A stretch of DNA of 64,000 nt from Deltaproteobacteria bacterium. GTDB taxonomy: Bacteria; Myxococcota_A; Polyangia; Polyangiales; Houyiibacteriaceae. The stretch covers positions 1-64,000 of the forward strand of contig JAXMNT010000035.1 of assembly GCA_034670305.1 (NCBI GenBank). The letters are read 5' to 3'. The notes beneath the pieces were generated by a model. It was not told where the DNA came from and made no database searches. It saw nothing but the letters and a program-made list of their open reading frames with translations. This document shows, one piece after another, positions 59,968-64,000 of the stretch. Made by a program: the position numbers and the translations under genes. Numbering within the stretch: position 1 is the first letter of the stretch; each line of letters starts with the position of its first letter.

Positions 59968-61005
59968 ATGACGCTCATCGCACTAGTTCCGCTTGGCAAC
60001 GTCCCAGTCCTTATATCGGACGTCGTACTATCCGCGAAGTTTACGCCCAAGCAACTTCACTTGCCGACACAGGGCGCTGTCGTGCCCCAGCACCGGACAG
60101 TGGCTCAGCCGGTCGGTGTATCACGGAAGATCGTTTGGAAGGACCGCAACAGCATCATCGCGTTCTCCGGGCCCTATCGCGAAGCACTACGGCTCCGCAA
60201 GCGAGTATCTTCTTTGCAGGACAGGAGCCCAAAACGAATAGTCCAGGAACTAACCAACGCAAGGCTGCGGTCCCTACCTGGTCTTAGCATCGTGGGAATG
60301 GTCCGTGATCGTGACGGATGGTTCGGCTTCGGTAGCGGGCCGGACGCTTGGTCACATGCCAGTCCGGATGGAACAATCCACGTGGCCGGTTCGGGCAGAT
60401 ATGGACTTCTGTCCCTGCTCAGTTCCCTCTCAAGAACAGGAGGGTTCCTCTCTCGTGCGAGCGTGCTCCACGCGGCACTCTTCCTTGGCGACTCCCTCTG
60501 CAACTTTTCCCAATCTCAACTCGCCGGGGGAGCGTACGAGGCGTGGTACCCGTGTAACGGTAAAATTGTTCCGTTGGCTAACCACAACATCGTCCTCGGA
60601 GTTGGCCGAGCGAATACTGTGCACTTCTCCATTCTTCATAATATTCGGTACTACAAGGGGTGGCTCTGTGCGCGTACAGTTGCATTGTGCTCGGGGCAAG
60701 GTGGTGACCTGGCACTGGCCAAGGGCACCACACACGTGATCTCGTATCCGAATGTCCACCTGCCGCGAAGCCACCGGAAACGCATCGCAGAACAGCCTTT
60801 TCTTCAGGAAACCCCCTTGCAGACGACCGGCCTAGCCGTTTTTGATGAGGATGAACGCCTTAAAGGGACCCTTTTCATGGGAGGAGGCAAGAGTTCGTCG
60901 AACTCCATCTTTCTACACGAACACCGTGGCGGAGTTCTCGTGACCGTTCCGCACTCATTTCTAGCATCGTACCGGGCTGGCATCGGTCGTATTCTGACCA
61001 GCTAG
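59968..61005 (+). CDS. Putative Ntn-hydrolase / proteasome-beta-like protein
   Basis: M-T1, D17, RKI, IAFSG, AGSG and GG motifs in proteasome-beta order; lower GC. Confidence 0.55.
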   Translation: MTLIALVPLGNVPVLISDVVLSAKFTPKQLHLPTQGAVVPQHRTVAQPVGVSRKIVWKDRNSIIAFSGPYREALRLRKRVSSLQDRSPKRIVQELTNARLRSLPGLSIVGMVRDRDGWFGFGSGPDAWSHASPDGTIHVAGSGRYGLLSLLSSLSRTGGFLSRASVLHAALFLGDSLCNFSQSQLAGGAYEAWYPCNGKIVPLANHNIVLGVGRANTVHFSILHNIRYYKGWLCARTVALCSGQGGDLALAKGTTHVISYPNVHLPRSHRKRIAEQPFLQETPLQTTGLAVFDEDERLKGTLFMGGGKSSSNSIFLHEHRGGVLVTVPHSFLASYRAGIGRILTS

Positions 61006-61170
61006 GATAGGCACCGTCAAATGCCTAGTCAGGTCTGCCGCTGCGGAACCATCGAGGCGCCGCTTGGGTGCTGACAGCGACGCCAGCAGCTTCCACCTCT
61101 CCGCAGTTCTGCAAGACCAGTTCGCAGAACTGCACCTGGCCCGGGCCGCGTCCTCAGCCATGGTCGAGGC

Positions 61171-62229
61171 ATGAGACGACTGGCCTTGCTGTGTGGGTGG
61201 TGCGTGGCGTGTGGCTCCTCTCCTGTGGACGGGCCGGACGCGGGCGCCGAAGTCGATGCGTTCGCGGCGGACGACGCGGCCATCGAAGACGCGTCCACGC
61301 CAGACGCCGGCCCTGCCGACGACGCGGGGTTCGACCCCGCCTTCGCCGGCCGCTACCCGCTGACCGCGCAGTTCCCCGAAGGCGGGACCTACGACGACTC
61401 CGAACGGGCGTTCTTCGTGGGCAGCCTCGGCACGGGCGATGTGTTTCGGATCGATGCGGAGACTGGGGAAGAGACGCTGTTCTACGAGGCGACCGATCCG
61501 GGGCTCTACTGGACGCTGGGGCTCGACGTGGACGAGGCGCGCGGCCGGCTGGTGGTGTGTGCGATGGAGGATCTGCGCGAGGTGGGCGATGGGGATCCGG
61601 CCAACGCGGGGTACGTGTGGTCGCTTGATCTCGAGACCGGGGAGCGGCTTTCGGTGCATGCGCTCGGCGATGCGTTCGAGACGGCGACGTGTACCGATGT
61701 GGCGGTCGCGGCCGATGGCACGATCTACGTGTGCGACCGAGAACACCCAAACGTGTACCGGATCGATCCGGAGGGGACGCTCTCGATGTTCGTCTCGGAC
61801 GATCTGCTCGCAGGCGGCGTGGTCGGACAGAACGCGCTGGTGCTTCTGCCGGACGAGAGCGCGCTCTTGAGTCTGGTGTATCTGTCGTCGCGGCTGGTTT
61901 ACATCCGGCTCGACGACGGCGCAGTGCGCGAAGTCGAGATCGACGGCGACTTCGCGGACCGGACGCCGGTGCTCAGCGGCGCCGACGGCATGACCTACGT
62001 GGACGGCGGGTTGCTCGTGGCGTTCACGAGCCAGTTCAACCGGGTCACGCCGGTGCTCGCGGACTGGAGCCAAGCGACGACGGTCGCCATCGATGTGCCC
62101 GAAGGCATGACCGATGTGGTGGCGACGCCGGGCGGCAACTACCTGCTCAACGGACAGGCGGTGCACTTCGCGTTCGACCGCACCCCGGAACCGTTCGCGC
62201 TGGTGCGGTTCGAAGGCCGCTTCGAGTGA
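61171..62229 (+). CDS. SMP-30/gluconolactonase-like beta-propeller lipoprotein
   Basis: VAC lipobox; FPEG, DVAVAADGTIYV, GADGM. Confidence 0.8.
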   Translation: MRRLALLCGWCVACGSSPVDGPDAGAEVDAFAADDAAIEDASTPDAGPADDAGFDPAFAGRYPLTAQFPEGGTYDDSERAFFVGSLGTGDVFRIDAETGEETLFYEATDPGLYWTLGLDVDEARGRLVVCAMEDLREVGDGDPANAGYVWSLDLETGERLSVHALGDAFETATCTDVAVAADGTIYVCDREHPNVYRIDPEGTLSMFVSDDLLAGGVVGQNALVLLPDESALLSLVYLSSRLVYIRLDDGAVREVEIDGDFADRTPVLSGADGMTYVDGGLLVAFTSQFNRVTPVLADWSQATTVAIDVPEGMTDVVATPGGNYLLNGQAVHFAFDRTPEPFALVRFEGRFE

Positions 62230-62271
62230 GTGGCGCCGCATTCTAGGGTTACTGCGCAAGCGACGGACGGC

Positions 62272-62337
62272 TTGACACGATGCGTCAATATGGCATGGTG
62301 TTAGGCATACCGCGACCATGACCTAATATTGTTAGGT
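62272..62337 (+). promoter_or_regulatory. Putative sigma70 promoter with inverted repeats upstream of gltB
   Basis: TTGACA 62272-62277, TGn-CATGGT 62291-62299; inverted repeats ttgac/gtcaa and acctaa/ttaggt. Confidence 0.5.
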
Positions 62338-62401
62338 TTCGGCTCGCATCCACCGTTGTTTCTGCGGGCCGACCCACGGGCGGCCACGCCCTGGAGTTCG
62401 A

Positions 62402-64000
62402 TTGGCGCCTCGCACCACCCGGCCCGGTCCGTCCGGCTTGTACGACCCCCGCTTCGAGAAGGACTCGTGTGGGGTCGGTTTCGTCGCCCACATCCACGGA
62501 CGGCGCTCGCATCAGATCGTGCTCGACGCGGATCTGGTGCTCCGAAACATGGAGCACCGCGGCGCATGTGGGTGTGAAGCCAACACCGGGGACGGCGCGG
62601 GCATGCTCACCGGGCTGCCCTACGAGTGGCTCACCCGGGTCGCCTCCGAACAGCTCGGCGTGGCCTTGCCGGCGCCCGGACGCTTCGCGGCCGGCAACGT
62701 CTTCTTGCCGAACGACGCCGGCGAACGGGCGCACTGCAAACGGACCTTCGAACGCATCGCGCGCGAGCAAGGGCTGCGGGTGCTCGGCTGGCGGATCGTG
62801 CCGACCGACGCCGAAGAGGCGGACCTCGGTCCGACCGCGCGCGCATCGATGCCGGCGATCGAACAGCTCTTCATCGCGTTGCCCGACGGCATGGAGTGCA
62901 CCCCGGACGAGTTCGAACGGCAGCTCTACATCGTGCGCAAACACGCGGGCACCGCGCTGCGCAAAGACGCGCGGCTTCGGGAGAGCGAGTCGGTATACGT
63001 GTGCACGCTCAGCGCGCGGGTGATCGTCTACAAGGGCATGCTGACGCCGGGGCAGCTCATGCCCTTCTACCCGGATCTGCAGGAGTGGGATTTCAAGACG
63101 CACCTCGCGATGGTGCACTCCCGCTTCTCCACCAACACGTTCCCCTCGTGGGACCGCGCGCAGCCGCTTCGCTGCATGTCGCACAACGGCGAGATCAACA
63201 CGCTGCGCGGCAACGTCGGCTCGATGGACAACCGCGAGCGGCTCGCGAAGAGCGAACTGCTCGGCGACGATCTCGAGAAGTGTTTCCCGGTCTGCGAACC
63301 GTTCGCGAGCGACTCCGGCAACTTCGACAACGTGCTCGAGATGTTGATGATGTCCGGCCGCTCGCTGCCGCACGCGATGATGATGATGGTGCCGGAGGCG
63401 TGGCAGAAGGACCCGCAGATGAGCGCGGAGAAACGCGCGTTCTACGAGATCCACAGCGCGGTGATGGAACCTTGGGATGGCCCGGCGTCGATCGCGTTCA
63501 CCGACGGCCGCTTCATCGGCGCGGTGCTCGACCGCAACGGGCTGCGCCCAAGCCGCTACGTGGTCACCGACGACGACCGCGTGATCATGGCGAGCGAGGT
63601 CGGCGTGCTGCCGATCGAACCGGAGCGCGTCGTGGAGAAGGGCCGGCTGCAACCAGGCCGTCTCTTCCTCGTCGACTTCGAAGCGGGCCGGCTGATCCCC
63701 GACGCGCAGGTGAAACAGATCATCACCGGCCGCGAGCCCTACGGGGATTGGATCGCCCAGCACCGGCTCGAGCTGACCGACGTGGTCGCCAAGGCCGAAC
63801 CACACATCGCGCCGGAACCGGCCGCGCCTCTGCGACCTCGTTTGCGTGCGTTCGGCTACACGACCGAGACGCTGCAGCACTTCCTCGTGCCGATGGTCCA
63901 GCAGAAGCGGGACCCGCTCGGCTCGATGGGCAACGACTCGGCGCTCGCGTGTCTGAGCGACCAAGCGCGGCTGCTCTACGACTACTTCAAGCAGCTCTTC
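62402..64000 (+). CDS. gltB: Glutamate synthase large subunit (5' part, runs off the window; absent from the ORF track)
   Basis: GGAG RBS plus TTG start; GLYDPRFEKDSCGVGFVA, HSRFSTNTFPSW, HNGEINT, MEPWDGPA, LDRNGLRP. Confidence 0.96.
   Translation, partial: MAPRTTRPGPSGLYDPRFEKDSCGVGFVAHIHGRRSHQIVLDADLVLRNMEHRGACGCEANTGDGAGMLTGLPYEWLTRVASEQLGVALPAPGRFAAGNVFLPNDAGERAHCKRTFERIAREQGLRVLGWRIVPTDAEEADLGPTARASMPAIEQLFIALPDGMECTPDEFERQLYIVRKHAGTALRKDARLRESESVYVCTLSARVIVYKGMLTPGQLMPFYPDLQEWDFKTHLAMVHSRFSTNTFPSWDRAQPLRCMSHNGEINTLRGNVGSMDNRERLAKSELLGDDLEKCFPVCEPFASDSGNFDNVLEMLMMSGRSLPHAMMMMVPEAWQKDPQMSAEKRAFYEIHSAVMEPWDGPASIAFTDGRFIGAVLDRNGLRPSRYVVTDDDRVIMASEVGVLPIEPERVVEKGRLQPGRLFLVDFEAGRLIPDAQVKQIITGREPYGDWIAQHRLELTDVVAKAEPHIAPEPAAPLRPRLRAFGYTTETLQHFLVPMVQQKRDPLGSMGNDSALACLSDQARLLYDYFKQLF

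Noticed and set aside
56900-61050. Prophage or ICE
   Set aside because: Lower GC, but no integrase, structural or transfer genes, and I found no flanking direct repeats

Overview
High-GC bacterial chromosome segment, most likely Myxococcota (Polyangia-like), inferred from three MYXO-CTERM-type sorting tails, Cys-rich lipoproteins and a membrane Ser/Thr kinase. Core genes are ccmA, ccmB, uvrB, prfC, a MoxR/DUF58/transglutaminase operon, an RND efflux pair and the 5' part of gltB. Accessory genes include a fused kinase-phosphoesterase-Rnl1 RNA ligase, a tandem pair of RlaP-like Pol-beta nucleotidyltransferases, a bacterial PARG-type macrodomain and SMI1/KNR4-like proteins. A lower-GC islet pairs a HEPN-motif DUF4209-like protein with a proteasome-beta-like Thr1 protein. 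The most striking unexplained structure is non-coding: about 14 intergenic arrays of degenerate hexamers ((G/C)GAAGC-type, CAG-type and telomere-like GGGCAN), most abutting stop codons. One pair of arrays encloses a four-helix-bundle (IVP/Avd-like) gene plus a ~137-nt branched hairpin element with GNA triloops. All family assignments come from motif recognition by eye; no searches were run. Start codons are my best estimates.
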